From NCBI GenBank assembly GCA_964270895.1, contig OZ185445.1: a DNA stretch of 64,000 bases; one strand, 5' to 3'. Positions 36,750 to 48,100 of this stretch are shown here, in pieces. The position numbers were made by a program, and so were the translations under genes. Below the pieces are notes generated by a model that was not told where the DNA came from, searched no databases, and saw only the letters and a list, made by a program, of their open reading frames with translations. Within the stretch, counting starts at the first letter, position 1, and each line of letters opens with the position of its first letter. The DNA comes from Podarcis filfolensis (taxonomy: Eukaryota).

Positions 36750-37900
36750 AATCCAAGAACATTTATTTTCATGACTACAAAATAAATGTTGCGTAAAGAG
36801 TGTCTACTATTCAATCAACTGCTCAGTCGAGGAAATGTGTAGTGTTGGGCAAAATAGTCACTGTAAGCACAAGGGGAGAAAATTAGGCATTTAAACTTTA
36901 AATTAATGGGGAGGAGCAAGAGGGGGAGAAGTAATAATCTCCTTGCCACACCTCCAAGTAGCGGAATAATGATATTGCCTCTGTTAGAGTGGCCTATTGG
37001 TTTCATACCCAGTTCAGTTACTCAGTCAGTTTATTTTCCTCATTTCCTCCTCTCTCTCCTAGTTTTAAATTGCTGTTGTTTAAAACAGTCTCTGGATGAT
37101 TGCCTCGAGAGGGTACTCAATTATTTATGACGCTGATGCAGAAAAGTAATATATCCCAAAGACGAGGTGCCATTAATTAACATGTCGTCTTGCTTATCAT
37201 TGCCTTTTTCACCTTTTCATCCCATTGTGAGGGATGCACTTAATTCATTAATAACTTACCAAGTGTGCTTCTCTGACATTCAAAAAATGACAAATTTCTT
37301 GCCTGGGAAATGCATGTGCGCCCACACAGCTTAATGCAGGGACCTCCACTGCATTCATGTCACTGCCATGGTGTGCTTATTAAATGTCACCACTATGTGG
37401 TTTAGAGTCCTCTGCTGGCTTGCTTTTCCCTGTGTTTCTCTCTCCCTCTGTGCGGTCTCAAAATGCAAAGAGTAGGAGAGATTAGTCATGGTTCCAATTC
37501 TCATTGGATGAGCCTGTAGAGTATGTCTGGAATAAGTTCTCTATACTTTAATTTTCTTTAGCTGCAGGGAATTACATTATTGATGTCCCTCCCTCTGCCT
37601 AAGTCACAAATCACTTATTTCATTTCTGCCTGCAAATGTATTGCCCTGGCTAATCAGTCCCAAACCGCCAATTCAATCAATGACGCTGGAATAAACTGAT
37701 GGCAAGCCAACTGTATCGCCAGCTCCTCTTTGACAGATGACTTGCTCAGATGTTTATAAAGGTGAACGCTTCACATTTCCTCCCATCATTTTATATATTA
37801 GCAAAATGTCAATTGGTCTTTTGAGCTGTTTCATCTATGTTAATTTAAGTGAGGCTAATACAAGCAGGCCACCTGAGGACAATATCCAAATGTATAGTTT
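36750..37900. promoter_or_regulatory. Candidate enhancer or conserved non-coding block
   Basis: About 1.1 kb with no recognisable repeat; homeodomain-type TAAT/TTTATGA/ATCAAT motifs; no ORF. Conservation not testable here. Confidence 0.3.
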
Positions 37901-38348
37901 TATCTTCCCTTTCTTCTGTACAAATATATATAATGTATATAATGAACTCTAGAACGAAATCACATGAAGCATGAGAAATGAAGGTGAATGTAACATATTT
38001 TTCTTCTAAATTTCAAGACCAAACCTTCTGTTCTACAAGAATAATTGAGTTTTCCATTTATTTTTATGTTTCCAGATGATTCTCATGGTTGACCTTATTT
38101 GGATAGTTTCAAAGCAAAGGATAATGTTACCCATTCTTTCCCAAACTTACTGACTCACCCCCTCGCTCCCAATTCTGTATTTGTTCCATGTCTAGTTAGG
38201 AGATATCTTACTATAAAATCACACATTATGCATTTTCACAAAAACTCATCTGTTTGTGCATGTTACTGGTCTGAACTAGGGCTGTGCAACCATAGTTCAC
38301 AGACTCAGGATTTAAGGTAGCCAGGAATTGCCTTGGGCTGGATCAAGT

Positions 38349-38733
38349 GGAGCGGGTGGCGCTGTGGTCTAAACCACTGAGCCTCTTGGTCTTGGCAATC
38401 AGAAGGTCAGTGGTTCAAATCCATGCGACGGGGTGAGCTCCTGTTGCTCTGTCCCAGCTCCTGCCAACCTAGCAGTTTGAAAGCACAGCAGTGCAAGTAG
38501 ATAAATAGGTACTACTGCAGCAGGAAGGTAAACGGCATTTCCATGCGCTCTGACTTCCATAATGGCATTCCATTGTGCCAGAAGTAGTTTCGTCATGCTG
38601 GCCACATGACCTGGAAAGTTGGCTGTGGACAAACACTGGCTCCCTTGGCCTGAAGCAAGAAGAGCGCCACAACCCCATAGTCGCCTTTGACTGGACTTAA
38701 CTTTCCAGGGGTCCTTTACCGTTCACCTTTTAC
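38349..38733 (+). mobile_element. Sauria SINE (long variant)
   Basis: A box tggcgctgtgg, B box ggttcaaatcc, cctttac tail. Confidence 0.92.
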
Positions 38734-38821
38734 TTGGAGTGATCCAGGACTGTCAAAAGGGCATCCTACGTGTGTTTCCTTCCTTCCCCCCTCCCAACTG
38801 CATGTTTAATCATGCTTAATC

Positions 38822-39219
38822 GTTGTTTTTTTTAAAGATATTTATTGAAGTTTTACAAAAACATAAGTTTACAAAATAAAAAAGGTCATATAAAAAGAAA
38901 AAGATACAAAAAAGAGAACATAGAAAAATACATGAAAAAGAAAAAAGAAGCATAAAAATACAAAAGACAAAAGACAAATAGCTAAAAAAGAATTAAAAAC
39001 AAATCCGTTTTTTGTAACTTTGAACTCATTAGCTTATTTCCTTGGCCTCCTCACACCTCCCCTTTTTGTATTCCCATTTAAATAATCAAATCAGCAAATC
39101 CTTACCCTCTTTCGTTTATCTTAACTCTGTATCTTAACATATTATAACTCTATATTTTCATCCATTATCAATTCATTTTTGCATATTCTTATTAACTTTG
39201 TTGCTAATGCCACTTATTT
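38822..39219 (-). mobile_element. L1-type 3' UTR fragment
   Basis: T-run and tttatt at the left end, strong strand bias; 12-bp TSD tcatgcttaatc. Confidence 0.7.
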
Positions 39220-39503
39220 TCATGCTTAATCATATTTTAAACCCACATTATACATGGAAAGCAGTAAAATAGGAGTCACCATCAACCATATGTGTGATGA
39301 TGCTGAGCTATGGGTTGTTTGAAACTGGTAAGTGAACTTTACATAAACACCATGGGAGCGCACATGGCTGTGGCCAAGCAGCAGTTGTTCAGTGTGTGAA
39401 GTGGCATCTCCACCTGAAATTTTTCTATGTGGCTGCTCTGATTTGCACACTCATAGCAGCTTTGAAAATGTTTCAGTGTAGATTATGGTGCCCTTACATA
39501 ATA

Positions 39504-39877
39504 AAAGGTAAAAAGGTAAAGGACCCCTAGATGGTTCAGTCCAGTCAAAGGAGAATATGGGATGTGGCGCTCATCTTGCTTTCAGGCTGAGGGAGCCGGC
39601 ATTTGTCCACAGACAGCTTTCCATGTCATGTGGCCAGCATGACTAAGCTGCTTCTGGTGCAACAGAACACCATGACGGAAACCAGAATGCAAGGAAACAT
39701 TGTTTATCTTCCTGCTGTAGCGGTACCTATTTATCTACTTGCACTGGTGTGCTTTTGAACTGCTAGGTTGGCAGCAGCTGGGACAGAGCAATGGGAGTTC
39801 ACCCCGTTGTGGGGATGCAAACTGTCAACCTTCCGATCGGCAAGCCCAGTGGTTTAGACCACAGTGCCACCCATGTT
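39504..39877 (-). mobile_element. Sauria SINE (long variant)
   Basis: Tail, body, head; 12-bp TSD ccttacataata. Confidence 0.92.
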
Positions 39878-40370
39878 CCTTACATAATAGTGCTGGTTCA
39901 CAAAAGTGGTACTGCCATGTGTACACTGGCTTTGTATGCCCCTGCGGGGAGTTCTGTGAGGATCAAATAAACAACGGGCATAATCAAAACAATGAAATGT
40001 GTGTGAGGGTTTGTACACTCTGGTTAGCCTATTGTTTCTGGCAGCAACACCTTCTCACAATGCACCAGAGAGCTTCTGACATTCCCTTGCATTTCTGGGT
40101 GCTGAAACAATCATGGGGACTCTGCTTCTGGAAATGAGATATCAGGAGCCCACTGTGAGCACAGAGCTCACACCTGGAGCAATTTATGTTAGGGCCAAAC
40201 TAGACATGAATGTGAAATGTGAAATTGCATTTAACATACACTTTTAAAAAATGGAAATAACTGCTGCAGGAAGCCTTGAGTAGGATCAGAACTACGGTGA
40301 GTTGGAAAGATTTTTTAACCCTTCCCCCCCCCAAATGCTGATAAAAATCAGTCTCCATCAATCTGTTTAT

Positions 40371-40459
40371 TGCATTGGGAGCAAAGCTCCCATTGACACT
40401 AATGGAAGTTTGCTGGAAAAGCTCCAATTGGCACTAATGGGAGCTTGTGTCTTAATGCA
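40371..40459. repeat. Short palindromic MITE-like hairpin
   Basis: tgcatt..agctcccatt...aatgggagct..aatgca inverted symmetry. Confidence 0.6.
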
Positions 40460-40465
40460 AATAGG

Positions 40466-40630
40466 AACATAGGACATTGCCCAATATTGAGTGAGACCCG
40501 TAGTCCATCTACCTTGGTATTGGTTATATTGACTGGCAGCGACTTTCCAGAATTTCAGACAAGGTTCTCTCTCAGCTGTAACTGGAGAAACTGGGGATTG
40601 AACATGAGGCCACCTTAATTCCTTCCCCTA
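40466..40630 (-). mobile_element. Degenerate tRNA SINE with CR1-like tail (Squam2-like)
   Basis: aacatagg..gagacc..gtccatct..gactggcagcg..ggggattgaac similar to the adjacent copy. Confidence 0.5.
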
Positions 40631-40687
40631 AAGGCTTGGGGAGGGGGATTAGCTGCTGCCTTATGTGTTTTAAGGCAGGATGACACT

Positions 40688-40885
40688 AAGGAACATAGAG
40701 AGCTACCTTACACAGAGTCAGATCCTTGAGTCCACCTAGCTCAGTATTGTCTACATTGATTGGCAGTGGCTCTCCATATTTCAGGCAGGAATCTCACCTA
40801 GACCTACTTGGACTTGCCAGAGATAGAGCCTGGGACCTTTTGTACACAAAGCAGATGCTCTAACACTGAGATATAGCCAATCCCC
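40688..40885 (-). mobile_element. tRNA SINE with CR1-like tail (Squam2-like)
   Basis: Minus strand begins gggga..ctcagtgttagagcatctgctttg..ggtcccagg (tRNA head) and ends in CR1-type ctatgttcct. Confidence 0.7.
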
Positions 40886-40921
40886 AAAAGCAGAGTTGGC
40901 TAGCCCCTTTGGTTGGAATTG

Positions 40922-41278
40922 TAAGGTAAAGGTAAAGGGACCCCTGACCGTTAGGTCCAGTCGCGGACGACTCTGGGGTTGCGGCGCTCATCTCGCTTTA
41001 TTGGCCGAGGGAGCTGGCGTACAGCTTCCGGGTCATGTGGCCAGCATGACTAAGCCACTTCTGGCAAACCAGAGCAGCTCATGGAAACGCCATTTACCTT
41101 CCTGCCGGAGCGGTACCTATTTATCTACTTGCACTTTGACGGGTTTTCGAACTGCTAGGTTGGCAGGAGCTGGGACCGAGCAACGGGAGCTCACCCCGTT
41201 GTGGGGATTTTAACTACCAACCTTTTGATCGACAAGCCTTAGGCTCTGTGGTTTAGACCACAGTGCTACCCGCGTCCG
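40922..41278 (-). mobile_element. Sauria SINE (mosaic copy)
   Basis: Tail, body, head; TSD gaattgta. Confidence 0.93.
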
Positions 41279-42621
41279 TTTGAATTGTAGCAGGAAGCAA
41301 AAGATGACCCGCACCCCCCATTCCCAATCCTGTTTGGGCTCCTTATAGCAGCTATTTGCATAAAAAGCCCATGTTAAGTGCAATAATACATTTAATGCCA
41401 CTTTGGCTCTTAAGTTGCCCTATACTTGTCCTATATCCATGCACTGAATTTCTGTTTCCAGTTACATGTTTTTAAAAGTCAGTGGGAAAAACATCTGGTT
41501 TCTTAGATTCAGTATTATTATTAATCATAATAGATTTTCAAGGTGACAAAGCCTGTTAGCTTTAATTAGGGATATCACTTTTTGGAAGGAAAAAAACTCT
41601 TTCCAAGTAGGTCAAACTGTATTAAATAAAAATGCATAGAAGGAAGAAGTCATTCCTGAAGCAAAACCTTGGGGTTTTAGTTTCTCCTAAGGATATATTT
41701 TTGCTACTCCCACTAGACTTGCTTTGACATGAAATGATATTTCAAGATGATGAGATGCTTTCAGATGTAAGTTCTTTCTCTCTGATATGCACAGATTTAG
41801 ATGACATGTCAAATATGAGGTTGGTTGGAAGAGAGTTTTCCACATTTGCCTTAATGTTCCTTGAGAGCTAATACTGGGTCAGCAAATCCCACACAGCCCA
41901 TTTCCTGAGTTTGCATGAGGATGTGGACAGTGTTGGACCAGACTCCTTCCGATATTTCTCCATCAGCATTCCTACTGGGAATCGCACGTGTGCCTCAAAA
42001 GATCCTTTTTCCACACATTCGTTTGGATTTCAGGCATGAGTCCCGAGCAAACTATCTGGTTGCAAAATGTGAAAACATGAAGTTCAGAAATGTTGATAGA
42101 TCTTTGCTTGCAGTATGATGAAAGGGTGCGGAATTATGGCAGGTTTTCATGCTTTTGAGAAATAATTACACTGTACTTCTCTTAATTGCCTCCTCTCCTA
42201 GAAATATACCCCTCTCCCCCAATTTAATACTATTGAACAAAACTATCAGCATCTGTTTTCTGCATTTAGTGCAGTGGCAAAACTATGAACTTCTGTTTAG
42301 GGAGTAACATTTTAATCCAAAGATTCCTTTGACAAATGAAGACAGGCTAGACTGAAGCCAAATTACAAACAAGCATTTCTCTTGAGCTTTTGTAGGGTGA
42401 GTTTTGCTCAAACAGTCTAGATTCAATTGATTGCTTTTTATACACACATTAAAGAACCAGGAGACATCAGACTGGACTGATCCTTATTGATTGATTGATA
42501 GATTTAAGCATGCCTCTATATTGTATACCATGGCTTTCATACTTGAACTCTTTGGCTTTCAGCTTTTTCAGTCTATTCTGAGGTGCTACAACATTTTCTG
42601 CCTTGTTCCCTTCATGTGGTA

Positions 42622-42971
42622 AAGGTAAAGGGACCCCTGACCATTAGGTCCAGTCGCGGACGACTCTGGGGTTGCGACGCTCATCTCGCTTTATTGGCCG
42701 AGGGAGCTGGCGTACAGCTTCCGGGTCATGTGGCCAGCATGACTAAGCCACTTCTGGCAAACCAGAGCAGCTCATGGAAACGCCATTTACCTTCCCGTCG
42801 GAGCGGTACCTATTTATCTACTTGCACTTTGACATGCTTTCGAACTGCTAGGTTGGCAGGAGCAGGGACTGAGCAACGGGAGCTCACCCCGACGCGGGGA
42901 TTCGAACTGCTGACCTTCTGATCGGCAAGTGCTAGGCTCTGTGGTTTAACCCACAGTGCCACCTGCGTCCC
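42622..42971 (-). mobile_element. Sauria SINE (short variant)
   Basis: Tail, body, head; TSD cttcatgtggta. Confidence 0.93.
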
Positions 42972-43321
42972 ATATCTTCATGTGGTAGTGGTAGGCTATA
43001 ATTTAGACCAGGACAGAAAATTGTGAGTTGACATGGTGTCCTACCCCATGGTCCTGGGCCAGGGACACTGGCTTCCCCCACAACTGAGGGGGCTGGCACT
43101 GCACTATGTGCATGTGCCATGCTGAAATTGCTCATGCATGCCATGCAACCTACTGACATCACTAACGCATGCCGTGAAATGTGTTGGCGTGTTGCACACA
43201 CACTGCGTGCCTTGCACAAGTGAATTGAGCGTGCTGACATGCCTTGAAAATTTAGGTGCCTGGGCCCTTGCAAAGACTGGCAATAGCAGCAGCAATAAGT
43301 GTGCCTCTTTGACACGACAGA

Positions 43322-43493
43322 CAGAGGTGAATTTAGAGGCGCGTGACCGGTTTGTCTGCACTGCGTGCCAAGCTGAGAGGGCATTGCAGGGGGTGACACA
43401 ACAGTGATGAACAACGGATGATGAGAGGCAGAGAGGCACCAAATTTTGGCATGACAGGGTGCCACTAATTTTAAAGCCCAAAGTTCATCACTG
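43322..43493. mobile_element. hAT-like MITE
   Basis: Imperfect TIR cagaggtgaattt / aagttcatcactg; flanks cgacaga / ctacaga. Confidence 0.45.
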
Positions 43494-43776
43494 CTACAGA
43501 GTTGATTGGGGAAAGTCTGAGTTCTGTGCATTCCCATCGTCATCCACATGTCAGCTGTGATATCCCAGCTGGGTGGGGAGGGTACATTGAGTACCACCAG
43601 ACATACTGCACTTGGAAATCCACAATGTGACATCTGTACCTGCAGTATTCATTCCACATAGTGCTGCTCCATTCTTAACCAAGCACCTTACTATAACTTG
43701 TCTTCTGCTGGCCATTTGGCACATTCCCTTCACGGCAACAAGGAGGGTGGGAAGCCATGAGTTGTCTCCAATGAAG

Positions 43777-44306
43777 TTTTTGTCTTTTTTTTAATTTTAA
43801 ATAGTGAATTTTATTAGTATTTTCCACACAACAAAACAAAAAATAACAATACACAAAACACAAAAACAAGCATATAAAAAAATCCAAATCCAAATCTTAC
43901 AAATTAATAATATAAACACTAAAAAGGAAAACAAACATTGACTTCCACCAATCCCACAGCACCTCCTTTACCTCTCATTGTATCTTCCTGTTTTCCTGAT
44001 TTCCTTATCATCTCTATCCTAGCATCTAGATATAAATCCCTCTTTCTTATCCTTTCACTTCATAAGGTTATTCCAGACTCAGCCAGATTTCTGTCCTCGA
44101 ACCTTGGCTTTTAAGGTATTCATTTAGGCACTCCCATTCCTTTTTCACTTCACTTTTTGGTTTTTGTCTTATTATATCTGTCAATTTGGCTAATTCTAAA
44201 TATTCTGAAAGCTTACATAACCATTCTCCCCTAGTGAGTAACTGATTCCCTTTCCAATACTTAGCCACCAGGATTCTTGCTGCAGATGTCGCATATAAGA
44301 AAAAAA
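43777..44306 (-). mobile_element. L1 3' fragment running into the gap
   Basis: FLYATSAARILVAKYWKGNQLLTRGEWLCKLSEYLELAKLT..KEWECLNEYL; poly(A)-like tail. Confidence 0.85.
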
Positions 44307-44468
44307 NNNNNNNNNNNNNNNNNNNNNNNNNNNNNNNNNNNNNNNNNNNNNNNNNNNNNNNNNNNNNNNNNNNNNNNNNNNNNNNNNNNNNNNNNNNNNN
44401 NNNNNNNNNNNNNNNNNNNNNNNNNNNNNNNNNNNNNNNNNNNNNNNNNNNNNNNNNNNNNNNNNNNN
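44307..44468. other. Assembly gap (162 N)
   Basis: Run of N. Confidence 1.
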
Positions 44469-44815
44469 AAATATATAATTATAATAATACCAAAACCCAC
44501 ACCCACAATTAAAAGATTCCTCTGAATCTCTGGACTTCCTACCTTCCCCTCCATGAGTTCGGTTGTTAAACTTTTCTACTGCATCTTTTTCAGTAATCCA
44601 TGCTTTTTATAACTCCATCATCTCCATAGCAATTGCTACGTTACAAGTGTGATGGCAATCCTGCTAATGTTTTCATCTGCTTACAGTGGTCTCCAAGACC
44701 AATTATAATTTTTTCTCCATTCCTTATTGAAGTTTCAGTCTTCTTGGTTCCTGAGCTTTCCAGTTATTTTGCCATTTCGGCATAGTCCAGCAGTTTAATT
44801 TGCCATTCTCCTAAC
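44469..44815 (-). mobile_element. L1 3' fragment (different subfamily)
   Basis: Minus strand reads EWQIKLLDYAEMAK..GKLRNQED..NKEW, then 3' UTR. Confidence 0.75.
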
Positions 44816-44934
44816 CCTCCAAAGCAGATGTGCATGAAGGCTTTGTTGGATTCAACCCTATTTCCTTTGACAGCAGCCTCTGCCTTTCTCCTCTTTTACA
44901 AGCCATTGGGAGCATGAATCTGCAAGCTTCCAGC

Positions 44935-45150
44935 TTCTCAAAAGCGGACTAGGCAAATTCATGGAGAAGAAGGCTATTAATTGATATTAGCCACGATAGC
45001 TAAGTTTTACCTTCACTGTTAGAGGGCCATTATGTCTCTGAATGCCAGTTGCTGGGAGAGTGCTCAGATTCTGCTTCCAGGTTTTCTGTAGGCATCTGAC
45101 TGGCCACCGTGAGAAGAGGATGCTAGACTAGAACAGCCATTGGCCTTATA
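44935..45150 (+). mobile_element. CR1 3' fragment
   Basis: ggactaggcaaattcatggagaagaaggctatt..ctgaatgccagttgctggg..ggccaccgtgagaa matches the 6560-6780 segment. Confidence 0.7.
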
Positions 45151-48100
45151 TTCTTATCAGCACCACCTGTAGCCAGCTGTAGTTCAGTCATTTGGGCTGA
45201 TTATTACTAGTCAAGCAGCTTCTGTCTCACACATTCTGATCTCCAATTTATGTGATATTTACTGAATTGTCAATTTTGTCTTATTTGAATTTATTGATCT
45301 ATTTTGCAACCATATGTCTTTTTTCAGATGTGACATAGCATTTTGATAAGTTATTATTTATATCATCATTATCATTATCCTTGTCATCATCTGATTTGGG
45401 CACAGTCCAGTGTGGAAAAGCAGCATATAAATTAACTGAACTATAATCATTGGACTTAAAACCTGTCTTCACCTTTTAATATGCCATTCCCTACCCTCCC
45501 TTATGCACCTATTTGTATTTTAGATTTTCATTAATGATCTAATCCTGATCAGCACATGAATCTAAGGGCCATCCAGTCTCCATGGGTAGATTCTTCTGAA
45601 TTTTGTGGCAATTCTCATATTGTTTAATCATATTAGTATCAACTCCACTATTAATGTATTTGTGGGTTTCCCCCACCATCTTTTTATTTTTAGTTTCATC
45701 TTTTGTAACAGCCAACTGCTCAGTTTCTTTTAAGAGGTGAAACTGTCAAAGAAGCGAAGGCTTTGGAGACTCAATTATATTGGAATGGCAGGAGGAGTTG
45801 GTTGTGCAATTTCTTCTGTTCTTATGAAAATCTCGGCTTGCCCTTTATGTAAGAATGTATAACAGAAATGAAATAGAAAAGGCTTGCATAAGGGACACTT
45901 ATTAAAAATCCCATTAGGAAACTCAAGGTTAGTGTGACTTACTTGGTGGCATTCATACTTTCCTTATTTATCACACTGAAAGCTGCTGAAATCTCTGTAT
46001 ATATATAAAAATATGGATAGGCAGTACATTAAAGTAGGAAAGTGAGTTTTGACCCACAAATTCTTCATTGCGTTCCAAAAGCCAAAGACCTCGCTACTCT
46101 GTCAATATAGTCAGCCAATATTTGTGGGAGAAATCATACTATTATCAGCATCCAAAGCTTGATTTGTGAGTTTGCCAGGAAGTTAGAAAAATATTCTCTT
46201 GTTTAATGTATTTGTTAATTAGGCATTTGTGATACACCAGTTGTCCACTTGTATGACAACAAAAGAGCTCAAGGAACCGGTTTCGTAATGAATGAATCTC
46301 GGCATTGCTGTAATTGATACATAGCACATGAAAAGAACTAGTGTTGGATATCTTCTGCCTCCAGTAGCTGTTTGGCAGCTACTAAGACATTCTATGCAAG
46401 GCTGTTTTTGTTGTAACTAAACCTGCCATGACCTCACACAAGCAAATATTTTTGCACCCAGACTGCTTGCAAACTCTTACTTCGAATATCCACTTCTTTG
46501 CTTCCTTATGTGTAGAGACCATCTACCGTCCACTGTATGCATGCCCAGTGTTGCAAACTGATTTACTGCCTTCTAACGTTGGTTTGAACTACTGTTATAT
46601 AAGTGATGCCATTGAAAGGGAGCCCAAAAGGAAGATTCACTGGCCACATGGATTCCCCTCTCCACTTGGGGCAAATTTGCTCTCTTCAGAGAGATGGGAA
46701 TGGTATTATGTATCTAGATCTGCAACCCAAAAGAAATGGAAATAAAATCCCACATTTGTTTGATAGTCATGGTAACATGTCAAATGGCTTTCTTGATTTT
46801 AAAAACCCCCCATAGTATTTGACACATCATCTATTTGCCATATTTTTTGAGATATATAATTTCATAAGGGACAGCTTTGATCTTCCTGTAACTCTAGTTC
46901 ATAGGGAATTTTTTGGGCAAGGCTAGTCAATGAAGATATATGTATAAAGATATATCCATCAGTTGGAATTGTCACAGAGAACCATTATATTTATCTTTTT
47001 GCTGGTGGACTATTGGGGACAGATTTTGGAAAAAAAAAGCAACTATGCAGTTTTTGCAATGAGGCATTTTTTGCCATCTGCAAATGTCTGCTTTGATCTC
47101 ACACAAGCTAACATGTTGAAACTAAAGATGTCTGAAACTAGGGATGGTGCAATTGTCCAATTTCTCTCATGTTTTTAAATATTGACGTAAAATGACTCGA
47201 TGAGGTCAGTCAGAGGTTGGTGGCTTGAGATGTCACCAATAAGCAGATGAGACACAGCTCTACCTCTTGTTCTCATCGTTTCATCCCATGGATGCAGCGG
47301 AAGTACTGTTATTAGTATTAATACCTTCACTCAGTTCCATAGAGAAAAGTGTCACTGACTTCAGTGAGTGTTGGGTAAAGGGGAAAATCATGATTATTTT
47401 AAAATTCCTGCTTAGAAATTGTAGCTGTGTGCAGTATAGCTACATCTTTTGTTAAAATGGGGAGCATTTTGTCTTATGTATAGTAGTTTGTTAGGTATTG
47501 AGCTAGAATTTCTGATCACAAATCCAATTCTCAGGCAGTGTACTCACTTCCATTTACTGTACTCTGCATCCAGTATGCTCTGAGCACTGTTTGGGGATGT
47601 GGTGTACACACAACGTTAGCTACAATCCATATCTATCCTGTATCAATAGTCTCCTTTCTTATGAAACATCACATTTTGAAGCGTTATTCCCCAAACCAGC
47701 TTCAATCCAAATTGGAAAAAACAATTCCCTGGCTGCCTTTTAAGTTTGTATTGTGTACACAGGCTCAGTGTGCAATCAGATTGCTATCATTTAGCTTCAG
47801 TCCTCCGTTCATCAAATTGTTTTGCTATGAAGTGTCTATTCCAGGCCTTGTAAGATGAAACTTCCTGGAGGAACACAACAAAAGTTGGGATTCACACTTT
47901 GTATGACAGTTGTTCATCAGAGTCCCAGTACTGTGTCTCACTCTATGAGATTGGTTGCTTGGCTGTCCTGACTTCTGTGATACAGTCTCCTTAGTGTTTC
48001 ATAGGCAATGGAAAGCATCCATGGGAGAAGCAGGTGGTCTTGTTGTCCCAGCTGCTGAAGATCCTGCTTCTCACTTCTGTCCAGTCAGCTGTGGTGAAAT

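Noticed and set aside
40800-40885. tRNA-like sequences
   Set aside because: These are SINE heads with divergent boxes, not complete tRNA genes.
42932-43633. 233-aa minus-strand ORF
   Set aside because: Crosses a MITE, other repeat-like DNA and a SINE head; no domain or splice support.
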